Positions 28,589 through 38,186 of a stretch of 64,000 bases of DNA are shown here, one piece after another. Positions within the stretch are counted from its first letter, which is position 1, and the number at the start of each line of letters is the position of its first letter. Source of the stretch: Dehalococcoidia bacterium. Its GTDB lineage: Bacteria > Chloroflexota > Dehalococcoidia > Lucifugimonadales > UBA826. Location: positions 50,669 to 114,668 of the forward strand of contig JAPYSB010000001.1 of assembly GCA_029936675.1 (NCBI GenBank), read 5' to 3'. The translations under genes were made by a program, and so were the position numbers. The notes beneath the pieces are model-generated. The model saw only the letters and a list, made by a program, of their open reading frames with translations, was not told where the DNA came from and ran no database searches.

Positions 28589-29907
28589 GAAAAGCAACCG
28601 GAGTTGAGCAATCTTTAGATATCCTTTCTAAAAATAGGGGAATAGATTTAGAAGGGGATTCCAAATACATCTCACAATTTTCTGAGGCTATATTTGGGGA
28701 AAAAATGAATCTATTAGATTACGTAAAGAAAATACTCGATAAGGTTAAAACAGACGGAGATAAAGCCATTTATGATCTTTCGTCAAAAATAGATGGGGAA
28801 AACTTGGAACAGCTATTTATGGGGGGGAAAGACCTTGAAAATGCCTACAAACACATACCTTCGAATCTCCGGGAAGCTCTAGAGTTTTCGGCCAATCGTA
28901 TAAAAAAATTTCATACACGAGCTATGCCAACCGATTGGCACGATAATATTGAAGGGTATGGTCAAAGATATGTTCCTGTAAATTCAGCGGCTGCCTATAT
29001 ACCAGGTGGTACCGCAAAATATCCTTCTACCGTTCTAATGACAGCTATCCCAGCCAGAGTAGCAGGTGTTGAGGAAATAGCTATAACATGTCCGATGCCT
29101 AAGAGTCCTTTGGAATATGCCTCCGTGCTGGCAGCAGCATATATATCCGAAGTAGATCAGGTTTATTGCTTAGGAGGAGCTCAATCCATTGGAGCGTTAG
29201 CCTACGGTACTGAATCAGTATCGAAAGTAGATTTTATATGTGGCCCAGGTAACGTGTTTGTAACTCTGGCCAAAAAACTTGTCTATGGGGATGTTGGCAT
29301 AGATGGCCTTTACGGTCCCACAGAGACCGTGGTGATCGCCGATGAACACGCAAACCCAACATTGTGTGCCGCTGACTTAATCGCCCAAGCTGAGCATGAC
29401 TCCTTAGCGCGTCCGATCCTCATAACCACCTCTCCAAAGATTGCTGCGGATGTAGAAGCTGAGATTCATTTACGTTTATCCAGGTTAGACCGGTCGGAAA
29501 TAGCCACCAAATCAATTGAAACTCAGGGCCTTATATCTATAGTTAATAATCTTGAAGAGGCTTTGGAATTATCAAATTCATTCGCCCCTGAACACGTGTG
29601 TATCGCTACCGATGATCCAGAGAAGTTAGTCCCGGCAATAAAAAATGCCGGTATGATTTTTGTTGGAGAATTATCGCATGAAGTACTCGGAGATTATGGA
29701 GCCGGCCCAAGCCATGTCATGCCTACTGCAGGCACGGCTCGTTTCAACTCTGGATTAGGAGTTCAAAGCTTTCTCAAGGCTATGCCTGTGGTTGCTATTG
29801 ATTCTGATAATTCTTCGAAATTAGGACATGTAGCGTCAATAATAGCGAGAGAAGAAGGTTTGACCGGACACGCAGAGGCAGCAGAGATAAGAATCGAACT
29901 TAACTAG
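28585..29907 (+). CDS. hisD: Histidinol dehydrogenase
   Basis: 440 aa with the motifs GGAQSIGALAYGT, CGPGN.FV, AQAEHD and PEH. Confidence 0.93.
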   Translation: MRKATGVEQSLDILSKNRGIDLEGDSKYISQFSEAIFGEKMNLLDYVKKILDKVKTDGDKAIYDLSSKIDGENLEQLFMGGKDLENAYKHIPSNLREALEFSANRIKKFHTRAMPTDWHDNIEGYGQRYVPVNSAAAYIPGGTAKYPSTVLMTAIPARVAGVEEIAITCPMPKSPLEYASVLAAAYISEVDQVYCLGGAQSIGALAYGTESVSKVDFICGPGNVFVTLAKKLVYGDVGIDGLYGPTETVVIADEHANPTLCAADLIAQAEHDSLARPILITTSPKIAADVEAEIHLRLSRLDRSEIATKSIETQGLISIVNNLEEALELSNSFAPEHVCIATDDPEKLVPAIKNAGMIFVGELSHEVLGDYGAGPSHVMPTAGTARFNSGLGVQSFLKAMPVVAIDSDNSSKLGHVASIIAREEGLTGHAEAAEIRIELN

Positions 29908-29953
29908 TTCTATAATGTAATTGATTACAACTTTTCAGTTAAAGGCTATACCT

Positions 29954-31042
29954 ATGGAAATAGTTGATGTACAAAAAATTATCCGACCACATCTCGTGAG
30001 TATCAAAACTTATGAAGCCATGGAGGCACCAGAGACCTTAGCGAAGAAAAGTGGTATCCCGGAATCGGAAATAATAAAGCTAAATGGAAATGAAAATCCG
30101 TATGGCGGTTCTCAAAAAGCTTTAGATGCCGTCGCTAAAACTCCGCTTCATATCTATCCGGACCCAAACCAAACAAATATGAGGATTGCCTTATCAGATT
30201 ACACCGGTATGCCATCTGAAAATATTGTTGTTGGTTCAGGGGCTGACGAACTAATAGATCTAATTTTCAGGCTATTTATATCGGAAGGAGACAAAATCCT
30301 AGACTGCGAGCCTACTTTTGGAATGTATAGCTTTTGCGCAAGGGTGGCAGGGGGTGAAATCACGCTGGTGCAAAGGGATAACCAATTTGATATAGAGGTA
30401 CCTTCAGTTTTGCACAGGATAGATGACAAAACAAAGGTCATTTTTGTGACTTCTCCGAACAACCCTACAGGTAATATAGCAACTGAGTCTCAAGTGACTG
30501 ATCTACTCAGCACGGGACTTTTGGTGGTAGTTGACGAAGCCTATTATGAGTTTTCAGGGCAAACTGTCCAACATTTAGTTTCGCAAAACGAAAATCTAAT
30601 TGTGCTTAGAACGATGAGCAAATGGGCAGGGTTAGCCGGACTGAGGGTGGGTTACGGTATCATGCACGCTAAATTGGCGAAATATTTCATGGACATAAAA
30701 CCTCCATATAACGTCAATATTGCTGCCGAAGCTGCACTTATAGCCTCACTTGAAGACGTGAATTATCTCCTAGGCAATGTGGCAAAAATAATAAGTGAGC
30801 GAGAAAGGGTGTTTGAGCTAATAAATAACCTACCACGTGTGAAAGCTTGGCCTTCTCATGGTAATTATTTAATGTGCGAATTCGAAAAAAATGAGGCAGA
30901 AAGAATATATGTTGAATTAGCTGCAAAGGGTATATTCGTTAGGAACTTTAACTCCCCTAGACTGAGGGATTGCTTCAGAATTGCTATCGGTACTGCCTCA
31001 GACACTGACAAATTAATAGAGGCCATGAAGATAATAGTGTAA
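29954..31042 (+). CDS. hisC: Histidinol-phosphate aminotransferase
   Basis: Motifs LNGNENPYG, YPDP, SPNNPTG, VVVDEAYYEF and RTMSKWAGLAGLRVGY (PLP Lys). The ORF track starts at a TTG at 29921. I prefer the ATG at 29954. Confidence 0.9.
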   Translation: MEIVDVQKIIRPHLVSIKTYEAMEAPETLAKKSGIPESEIIKLNGNENPYGGSQKALDAVAKTPLHIYPDPNQTNMRIALSDYTGMPSENIVVGSGADELIDLIFRLFISEGDKILDCEPTFGMYSFCARVAGGEITLVQRDNQFDIEVPSVLHRIDDKTKVIFVTSPNNPTGNIATESQVTDLLSTGLLVVVDEAYYEFSGQTVQHLVSQNENLIVLRTMSKWAGLAGLRVGYGIMHAKLAKYFMDIKPPYNVNIAAEAALIASLEDVNYLLGNVAKIISERERVFELINNLPRVKAWPSHGNYLMCEFEKNEAERIYVELAAKGIFVRNFNSPRLRDCFRIAIGTASDTDKLIEAMKIIV

Positions 31043-31055
31043 CGGGATAATAAAA

Positions 31056-31652
31056 ATGAGTAGAACCTCTGAAACCAAAAGGGAAACGGGCGAAACCGAT
31101 ATATCCGTAAAGGTAAACTTGGATGGTACCGGTAACTACAACATTGAATCCGGTAATGGCATGTTCGATCATCTGTTATCCCAAATTTCTCGGCACGGAT
31201 TAATCGATCTCGAAATATACGCTTCGGGTGATACTCATGTTGGTTGGCATCACCTCGTAGAAGATACAGCCATTGTGTTAGGAAGATGCTTCAAGGACGC
31301 CGTAGGAGAAGGCAAGGGAATAGTGAGAATGGGTCACACGTTTGTACCATTGGATGAAGCATTAGTGTTGACCGTCATAGACTACAGTGGAAGAGGGTAT
31401 TCAATTATAGATTCACCGCTCACAGAAAGTGACCTTGGAGATTTACCTTCAGACTTGATTAGACATTTTATGGAGACTTTTTCAAGGGAAGGTGGATTCA
31501 ATCTTCACCTTACAGTCATGGCGGGAATAAACAACCACCATATTGCAGAAGCCTCCTTCAAAAGCATTGCTAGATCTCTGAAATCCGCCCTTACACTTGA
31601 TCCACGGCAAGGAGAAAGCATATCTAGCACAAAAGGTACAATCAGCGATTGA
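31056..31652 (+). CDS. hisB: Imidazoleglycerol-phosphate dehydratase (monofunctional, no phosphatase domain)
   Basis: 198 aa with the motifs RETGETDI, G.FDHLL, D.HH..ED and NNHH..EA.FK. Confidence 0.93.
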   Translation: MSRTSETKRETGETDISVKVNLDGTGNYNIESGNGMFDHLLSQISRHGLIDLEIYASGDTHVGWHHLVEDTAIVLGRCFKDAVGEGKGIVRMGHTFVPLDEALVLTVIDYSGRGYSIIDSPLTESDLGDLPSDLIRHFMETFSREGGFNLHLTVMAGINNHHIAEASFKSIARSLKSALTLDPRQGESISSTKGTISD

Positions 31653-31904
31653 TTACAGCTTCTGAAGCTCGAATCTGTATTCCTCTATTACAGTGTTGGC
31701 CAATAGCTGCTCACACATATTAAAAACAACCGACTCGGCCTTTTTCTTTGAAGATTCGTCGATGTGCATTGTTATATATTTTCCGACACGGACATCTTTG
31801 ACGGAATCAAACCCCAGTTGAGACAGGGCTCCTGAAACAGTCGCCCCTTGTGGGTCACTAACTGTAGGTTTCAAACTAACGTATATGTTTGCGGCAAAGG
31901 CCAT
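31653..31904 (-). CDS. purS: Phosphoribosylformylglycinamidine synthase subunit PurS
   Basis: 83 aa with the motifs V.LKP.V.DPQG..V..AL..LGF..V..VRVGK. Confidence 0.85.
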   Translation of the reverse strand: MAFAANIYVSLKPTVSDPQGATVSGALSQLGFDSVKDVRVGKYITMHIDESSKKKAESVVFNMCEQLLANTVIEEYRFELQKL

Positions 31905-31907
31905 GGT

Positions 31908-32555
31908 CTAGTTGGCAAACCTCTCCGGTGCATTAGGCGAGCTTTCATGGGCATTAATGAAGTCCTTTATTCGATTCTCATCAAACTCATCAAAAGCATC
32001 GATAAAAGTCCATGCCGTCAGAGCTATTTTATTAGGCATGTCAGGATATGGTGACATTACTACTTTCAAATTAGCCTCTCTAGCTCGATCAACTATGCTC
32101 GTCAATGACTCAACCAGTTGCTTGCAATCATCACTAGCTGGTTCAGCGCAGTTATATGCTATGGAAATACCCCCATGTTCGAGGCTATGAATTCGTTTCT
32201 CCTCTGGAATATATTCCGTATGTATTCCCCATGAAACAGGAGCAAGTGGCTGCGGATAGTGCCAACCAGATGCTGCTGGTACAGTTCTGTATGGTGGATG
32301 TTCTGAACCTTCGTCAATATGATCCTTACCGTCAGATTCAATTTGCTTCCCTGGCCCATCAGGCGCTTTATCAGATGAAGTACCTAAATTACCAAGCATA
32401 GGCAAAATAAGCCCTAATATGAGTAAAAGAGCGACACCTGCAATAGCCAAGCCTATAAGGACTCTGGTAAATTTCCTACGATTTTGCCTTCTTTCTCGGC
32501 GGGCAGCGCGTGCTTGGGTTGGGGTAGGTTTATTCTTAGGGCTCTGTGTACTCAT
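31908..32555 (-). CDS. DUF3105-like membrane-anchored protein
   Basis: It has a basic N-terminus (RRERRQNRRK), one TM helix (VLIGLAIAGVALLLILGLIL), and a soluble domain with HPPY...SG.H...LEHGG motifs that I associate with DUF3105. Confidence 0.6.
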   Translation of the reverse strand: MSTQSPKNKPTPTQARAARRERRQNRRKFTRVLIGLAIAGVALLLILGLILPMLGNLGTSSDKAPDGPGKQIESDGKDHIDEGSEHPPYRTVPAASGWHYPQPLAPVSWGIHTEYIPEEKRIHSLEHGGISIAYNCAEPASDDCKQLVESLTSIVDRAREANLKVVMSPYPDMPNKIALTAWTFIDAFDEFDENRIKDFINAHESSPNAPERFAN

Positions 32556-32586
32556 GCTATTTTATCAAACACCATATTTAATTTTT

Positions 32587-33477
32587 TTATCGTAAATCAA
32601 TCTCTGTAAGTTTATCGAAAGCTTCCCGATAACGTATACTCGTTTTGTTAACAATATCCTCAGGTAATTTAGGCGCGGGAGGCTCTCTATCCCACCCTTG
32701 CCTAGCTAACCAATCTCTTACAAATTGCTTATCGTAATTTGGTTGTGTATTGCCCGGAGAATATAAATTTTTATCCCAGAACCTACTAGAATCGGGGGTT
32801 AACAATTCATCAATTAAACTCAGTTTGCCGTCGATGAACCCGAATTCCATTTTTGTATCTGCAATAATTATATTCTTATTAAGAGCATATTCGTGGGCGA
32901 ATCGATATATTCCCAACGTCATACGTTCCAAAACATGAGTTAATTCTCCCCCAATCATATCCTCCATATCCTCTACAGATATATTCTCATCATGGCCGGT
33001 TTCGGCTTTGGTTGCGGGAGTAAAAATTGGCCGTTCAAAGCGGTCCCCTTCCTTCATACCCACAGGCATCTCAACTCCGGCTATCTTCCCACTATTTTTG
33101 TATTCCTGCAGAGCTGATCCGGTTATATATCCCCGAGCCACACATTCAATATCGATTCGCTCGGCCTTTTTTACTATCATGGATCGTCGCTGTACATCGG
33201 CAGGAAGATCCATATTTTCCATATCCATAGCAAAATTGATTAGATGGTTAGGAACGATATCTTTTGTCATCCCAAACCAGAATACTGACATCTGATTTAA
33301 TATCGCCCCTTTCCCTGGTATCGCATTAGGCATCACAACATCGTAAGCTGATACCCTGTCAGTTGATACCATAAGTAAAGTTTCTTCATCAATAGAATGC
33401 GTGTCACGCACCTTGCCTCTGTGTATTAAGTTAGCAAGGTTTGACTTTAATAAAGTGTCGGAACTATCGTTTGACAT
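32587..33477 (-). CDS. purC: Phosphoribosylaminoimidazole-succinocarboxamide synthase (long form)
   Basis: Motifs GKVRD, STDR.SA.D, ADTK.EFG and LTPDSSRFW. Confidence 0.92.
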   Translation of the reverse strand: MSNDSSDTLLKSNLANLIHRGKVRDTHSIDEETLLMVSTDRVSAYDVVMPNAIPGKGAILNQMSVFWFGMTKDIVPNHLINFAMDMENMDLPADVQRRSMIVKKAERIDIECVARGYITGSALQEYKNSGKIAGVEMPVGMKEGDRFERPIFTPATKAETGHDENISVEDMEDMIGGELTHVLERMTLGIYRFAHEYALNKNIIIADTKMEFGFIDGKLSLIDELLTPDSSRFWDKNLYSPGNTQPNYDKQFVRDWLARQGWDREPPAPKLPEDIVNKTSIRYREAFDKLTEIDLR

Positions 33478-33479
33478 AG

Positions 33480-34772
33480 CTAACTAAGAGAAGCCTTATC
33501 GAAGATATCATCAACGTACTTTGTGTAATGAGAATAATTGAAAAGCTCAGTTAATTCTTGAGGAGACACGAGATCGGTCACCCTACGATCATTTGATATT
33601 AATTCCCTGAAATCCGATCCCTCATCCCAAGTTTTCATGGAATTCTCTTGCACTATCTTATAGGAGTCCTCTCTTGCAAGTCCTTTTTCTACTAGCAGGA
33701 GCATCGTCCGCTGAGAGAATAACAACCCTTTAGTGAGTTCCATATTTTCCAGCATACGATCCTCATAAATTCGTAACCCCTCTATGACCCCCGTCAGTAA
33801 ATTAGTAATGTAATCTAATGCCATGCAGGAGTCTGGCAGGATCAACCTTTCAGCAGATGAGTGGCTGATATCCCTCTCACCCCATAAAGCAACATTTTCC
33901 ATAGCGGTTATTGAATGACCTCTAATAACTCTAGCCAAACCACATACTCTCTCGGTCAACTCTGGATTCCTTTTATGTGGCATCGAAGATGATCCTGTTT
34001 GGCCCTCAGTGAACGGTTCCTCTACCTCCCTGATTTCTGTCCTTTGTAAACCTCTAATTTCAGTGGCGATTTTTTCTAGGGTTGCACCAACCAAGGCCAG
34101 AGTGGTAACAAAGTGTGCATGTCGATCCCTTTGGATAACCTGATTAGATACCGGTGCAGGGGATAAGCCTAGGAGATCGCATACCTCCTTTTCTATTGAT
34201 GGTGGAACCGTGGCATGCGTGCCAACAGGGCCTGAAAGTTTTCCGACAGATATGCTGGTAGTGGCTTCATGAAGTCTTTTCCTACCTCGCTTGACTTCAT
34301 CCCACCAAAGAGCAATTTTAAGCCCAAAAGTAATAGGTTCAGCATGAACCCCGTGAGTCCGACCCATCATCAGAGTATTTTTGTGTTTAATTGCCTTGCG
34401 CTTCAGGGCAGCTTCTAATTGTTCTAATTCGCAATCTAAAAGTTGCGCAGCTTCGACCAATTGCAGGCTTGTCGCTGTATCCCAAACATCGCTTGTAGTA
34501 AGTCCTTGATGTAACCAACGCCCCTCTGGGCCCAAACTAGCCGTTGTAGATTGCAAAAATGCGGTCATATCGTGCTTTGTACGATCCAATATTTCGTAAA
34601 ATAGATCGAAGTCATAATTAGCTTTCCTGATTTTGGATATGTCGTCATCGGGAATCAACCCTGCCTTATTCCAAGCCTCGCAGACAGCTATTTCTATTTT
34701 TAGCCACTTGTCATATTTATTCCTGTCCGACCAAACGGACTTCATCTTAGGTCGGGAGTAACGTTCAATCAT
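33480..34772 (-). CDS. purB: Adenylosuccinate lyase
   Basis: Starts MIERYSRP.M. Fumarate-lyase signature GSSSMPHKRNP. 430 aa. Confidence 0.93.
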   Translation of the reverse strand: MIERYSRPKMKSVWSDRNKYDKWLKIEIAVCEAWNKAGLIPDDDISKIRKANYDFDLFYEILDRTKHDMTAFLQSTTASLGPEGRWLHQGLTTSDVWDTATSLQLVEAAQLLDCELEQLEAALKRKAIKHKNTLMMGRTHGVHAEPITFGLKIALWWDEVKRGRKRLHEATTSISVGKLSGPVGTHATVPPSIEKEVCDLLGLSPAPVSNQVIQRDRHAHFVTTLALVGATLEKIATEIRGLQRTEIREVEEPFTEGQTGSSSMPHKRNPELTERVCGLARVIRGHSITAMENVALWGERDISHSSAERLILPDSCMALDYITNLLTGVIEGLRIYEDRMLENMELTKGLLFSQRTMLLLVEKGLAREDSYKIVQENSMKTWDEGSDFRELISNDRRVTDLVSPQELTELFNYSHYTKYVDDIFDKASLS

Positions 34773-34802
34773 TAATTTTCTCTAAACCAATAAACCCAAA
34801 AT

Positions 34803-36059
34803 TTATTTCGCTACATCTGCCCTATAGTACATATTACGGAAAGTAATTTCTCGGATATTTTCATATACTACGTCGGCTGCTTGTTTAATATCTGGTGCCA
34901 AAGCATTTACAGCGAGTACCCGGCCTCCATTGGTAACAATTTTACCTTCCTCGTCTAGCTTTGTTCCAGCATGGAATATATTTACCGAATCTCCACCCAA
35001 TGTTAGCCCATCGATAGGGTAACCCGTCGAGTATGTTGAAGGATATCCACCTGATGCCAATACTACAGCAACACTTGCATCTTTTCTCCAGTCAACCTTA
35101 ATGGAATTCAATCGTCTGTTCACGCAGCTTTCAAATATCTCCAAAATATCATTTCCAAGAAGTGGCAAAATAACCTGAGTTTCGGGATCGCCTAACCTAC
35201 AATTGAACTCCACAACTTTTGGGCCTGCTTCTGTAATCATCATTCCCGCAAATATTGTTCCAACGAAAGGTTCATGATCAGTTCTCATTGCTTCAACAAT
35301 TGGCTTAATCACCAAATCTCTAATTTGGTCTTTTAGGTTTTGGTCCCAAATTCGAGGTGGAGAAAATGCACCCATTCCTCCTGTGTTAGGGCCTGTATCG
35401 CCTTCCCCGACCCTTTTGTAGTCACAAGCAGCAACTAGATCAGAAATGGATTCTCCATCCGTAAATGCAAACGCGCTTAGCTCCCAACCTTCTAAAAATT
35501 CTTCTATTACCAATGTTGTTCCCGCATCACCAAACACCTTTGAAACCATTATGTCTTTAAATGCAGATAAGGCTTCGGATTTATGTTGGCAAATATATAC
35601 ACCTTTTCCTGCCGCCAAACCGTCCGCTTTTAAAACTGTAGGGAAGTAGTTCAGGTTTTCCAAATAGGAATTAGCTTTCTCGGGATCCTGAAAGGCCTTA
35701 TATGAGGCGGTTGGGATATTCCATTTTTCCATAACATCCTTAGCAAAAGACTTACTGGATTCCAGCCTGGCGGCAGAAGCTGTTGGTCCAAAAATAGGAA
35801 GTCCTGTCTCCACAAAAACATCCACTATTCCCAAAGCCAAGGGAGCTTCCGGTCCAACTATAGTTAAATCAATTTCCCTCGCCAATGCAAAATTCTTCAA
35901 TGCCTCAATGTCCGTGTCAGAAATTTCTACATTAGTGCCAATTGATTTGGTTCCGGCATTTCCAGGTGCTATGAAGAGCTTTTCTAGTTTGGGACTCTGA
36001 TTAATTTTCCAGGCAATGGCATGCTCCCTGCCACCGCTACCAACAAGCAGTATTTTCAA
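34803..36059 (-). CDS. purD: Phosphoribosylamine-glycine ligase
   Basis: Starts MKILLVGSGGREHA..WK. ATP-grasp core. EFNCR.GDPETQ. Confidence 0.93.
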   Translation of the reverse strand: MKILLVGSGGREHAIAWKINQSPKLEKLFIAPGNAGTKSIGTNVEISDTDIEALKNFALAREIDLTIVGPEAPLALGIVDVFVETGLPIFGPTASAARLESSKSFAKDVMEKWNIPTASYKAFQDPEKANSYLENLNYFPTVLKADGLAAGKGVYICQHKSEALSAFKDIMVSKVFGDAGTTLVIEEFLEGWELSAFAFTDGESISDLVAACDYKRVGEGDTGPNTGGMGAFSPPRIWDQNLKDQIRDLVIKPIVEAMRTDHEPFVGTIFAGMMITEAGPKVVEFNCRLGDPETQVILPLLGNDILEIFESCVNRRLNSIKVDWRKDASVAVVLASGGYPSTYSTGYPIDGLTLGGDSVNIFHAGTKLDEEGKIVTNGGRVLAVNALAPDIKQAADVVYENIREITFRNMYYRADVAK

Positions 36060-36085
36060 GCTAGGTTACCTTCCAAATGATATTT

Positions 36086-36868
36086 TTATGCTTGGGTTAT
36101 TTCTAACCCATAGAAGTTTATGGCATTTTGACTAAACACTTTCTGGGCTTCATTTTCTCCTAAAATATCGAGTACAGTGTAATAATCTTTATCAGAATAC
36201 ACTCTGCGTGCTCGAGTGGAAGGTAAATCAGTCCCAAACATCAACGCATCAGGACTTACTTTATGTATTTTCCTTATAGTTTCCTCTACATTAAAATCTA
36301 CTCGCCCAAAGCCAGTAGCTTTAATAGCCAATCCATCCCGAATAAGGTTTAGAAGTATTTCAAGATTCGAATCAGATATACCTAGATGATCGATACACAC
36401 TTTGGGCAAAGCAGTAATTTCATCCTCCAAATAAGCGAGTGATTCGGCCCCGAGATATAGCTCTACATGCCACCCTACTAAATCATAGATCCTCGTAGCC
36501 ATAGAGACCAAATCTTCAGCTCCAGCAGAACCTCCCCTGTTTAAATTGAATCTTACGGCTCTGACCCCATGGTCGTTTAAATTCAATATTTCTTCATCAC
36601 TCACAGTCGCGGGAAGCTGGGTTACACCCACAAACCCCGATCCCAAGCTTTTCAAGGCCGAGAGCAAATATGTTTGGTCAAACCCTTGAAATGAACCGGA
36701 TACTACTGCCCCTCCTTTCAAATTGTAACCATAAAGCCGTTCATAATAATCATTAATACTAAATTCATCTGGAAGATACCCGTTGTTGGCTTCAAGCGGA
36801 TAACCTTTGTTGATGATATGAAAATGGCAATCAAAAATGGGTAGTTTTGTTGTTTTATTCATTCCCAT
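36086..36868 (-). CDS. Amidohydrolase-2 family metal-dependent hydrolase (LigI/ACMSD-like)
   Basis: N-terminal FDCHFHI metal motif, internal DHLG, and C-terminal FGTD.P. 260 aa. Confidence 0.75.
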   Translation of the reverse strand: MGMNKTTKLPIFDCHFHIINKGYPLEANNGYLPDEFSINDYYERLYGYNLKGGAVVSGSFQGFDQTYLLSALKSLGSGFVGVTQLPATVSDEEILNLNDHGVRAVRFNLNRGGSAGAEDLVSMATRIYDLVGWHVELYLGAESLAYLEDEITALPKVCIDHLGISDSNLEILLNLIRDGLAIKATGFGRVDFNVEETIRKIHKVSPDALMFGTDLPSTRARRVYSDKDYYTVLDILGENEAQKVFSQNAINFYGLEITQA

Positions 36869-37665
36869 TCAGGAGATCGTTTTTCAATAAATGCGCCAAT
36901 ACCCTCTTTAGCCTCTTCGTTAAGGATGTTTTTGACCATTACCTTAGAGGTATATTCGTAGGCTGCAGGTGTATCTAATTCAGACTGAGTATAAAAAGCA
37001 CCTTTACCCATAGATACTGTCGCTGGTGATTTACTAGCAATTTTGTTAGCTAAAATCATAGTCTTTTTAGTTAATTCTTCAGGTTGAAAATAATTATTTA
37101 TTAAGCCAATCTCTTTTGCTTTTTTTGCATTAATCATGTCTCCGGTTAAAAGCATTTCCATTGCGTTTTTTTTGCTGACATTCCGAGATAATGCGACCAT
37201 TGGTGTTGAGCAAAATAAGCCTATATTAACGCCAGGTGTAGCAAACCTTGCTGAATCTGCAGCTGTAGCAAGATCACAACTAGCGACCAACTGGCAGCCC
37301 GCTGCTGTTGCTGTCCCTCCCACCTCAGCAATCACCGGTTTAGGACAACTAACAATTAATTGCATTAGTGATGAGCATGTATCAAATAAACTTTTGAAAT
37401 ATGCCTCTCCAAAATCTTTTTGATCTCTAGCTGCAGTTATTTCTTTCAAATCATGCCCCGCACTAAATACAGAACCACTTGAAGCAATAATGATAACTCT
37501 GATAGATCTGTTGGAAGTAGCGATTGTTAGCTCTTCAATTAAATTATTCATCATAGCTTCTGATAAAGCATTTCGATTCTTTTGATCGTTCATGGTAAGA
37601 CGCAATACGCCTTCATCGGTTTGTTCACGGTGTAACATATTATTAATATCGTCTTCCATAATCAC
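36859..37665 (-). CDS. Enoyl-CoA hydratase/isomerase (crotonase) family protein
   Basis: Motifs NALS..M, FSAGHDLKE and the oxyanion-hole region A.V.G.A.AAGCQLV..CD. 268 aa. Confidence 0.88.
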   Translation of the reverse strand: MIMEDDINNMLHREQTDEGVLRLTMNDQKNRNALSEAMMNNLIEELTIATSNRSIRVIIIASSGSVFSAGHDLKEITAARDQKDFGEAYFKSLFDTCSSLMQLIVSCPKPVIAEVGGTATAAGCQLVASCDLATAADSARFATPGVNIGLFCSTPMVALSRNVSKKNAMEMLLTGDMINAKKAKEIGLINNYFQPEELTKKTMILANKIASKSPATVSMGKGAFYTQSELDTPAAYEYTSKVMVKNILNEEAKEGIGAFIEKRSPEWE

Positions 37666-37669
37666 TCTG

Positions 37670-38110
37670 TTAAAGCCAGCTTTTATTAGTAGTCCAATAT
37701 GGTTTTGCTAGTTCTATTTTGGGGCATCGATTCATAACAACTTTTAGTCCTGCTTTTTCAGCAAGATTTGCAGCTTCTTCGTTGATAATATCTAGTTGGG
37801 TCCATAATACTTTGGCGCCAATTTTTATGGCTTCTTCAGTAACTCTCAAAACCGCATCATTTGAACGAAAAACATCTACCATATCTACAGGTTCATTGAT
37901 TGAATTCAAGTCGCGAAAAAAATACCGGCCCAAAATATTTTTCCCTATCTCATTAGGGTTGACTGGTATCACTTTATATCCATGATCTATTAACGTTTTT
38001 ATAACTTTATAGCTGTCGCGCTGAGGTTTTAAACTAGCTCCTACAACTGCAATAGAATTAACTTCAACCAGTATCTCTCTTAAATATTCATCGGAATAAT
38101 TATCAACCAT
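37670..38110 (-). CDS. CoA-binding domain protein (YccU/YneT-like)
   Basis: 146 aa with the motifs IAVVGAS.....S..V...L...GY.V.PVNP and a succinyl-CoA-synthetase-like Rossmann fold. Confidence 0.8.
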   Translation of the reverse strand: MVDNYSDEYLREILVEVNSIAVVGASLKPQRDSYKVIKTLIDHGYKVIPVNPNEIGKNILGRYFFRDLNSINEPVDMVDVFRSNDAVLRVTEEAIKIGAKVLWTQLDIINEEAANLAEKAGLKVVMNRCPKIELAKPYWTTNKSWL

Positions 38111-38186
38111 TCTTTACTTCAGTTCATTCCCATTAATAGTTACGTAATTTAAAACCTTTTTATATTGGTTTCGGAAGGCATTTGAC

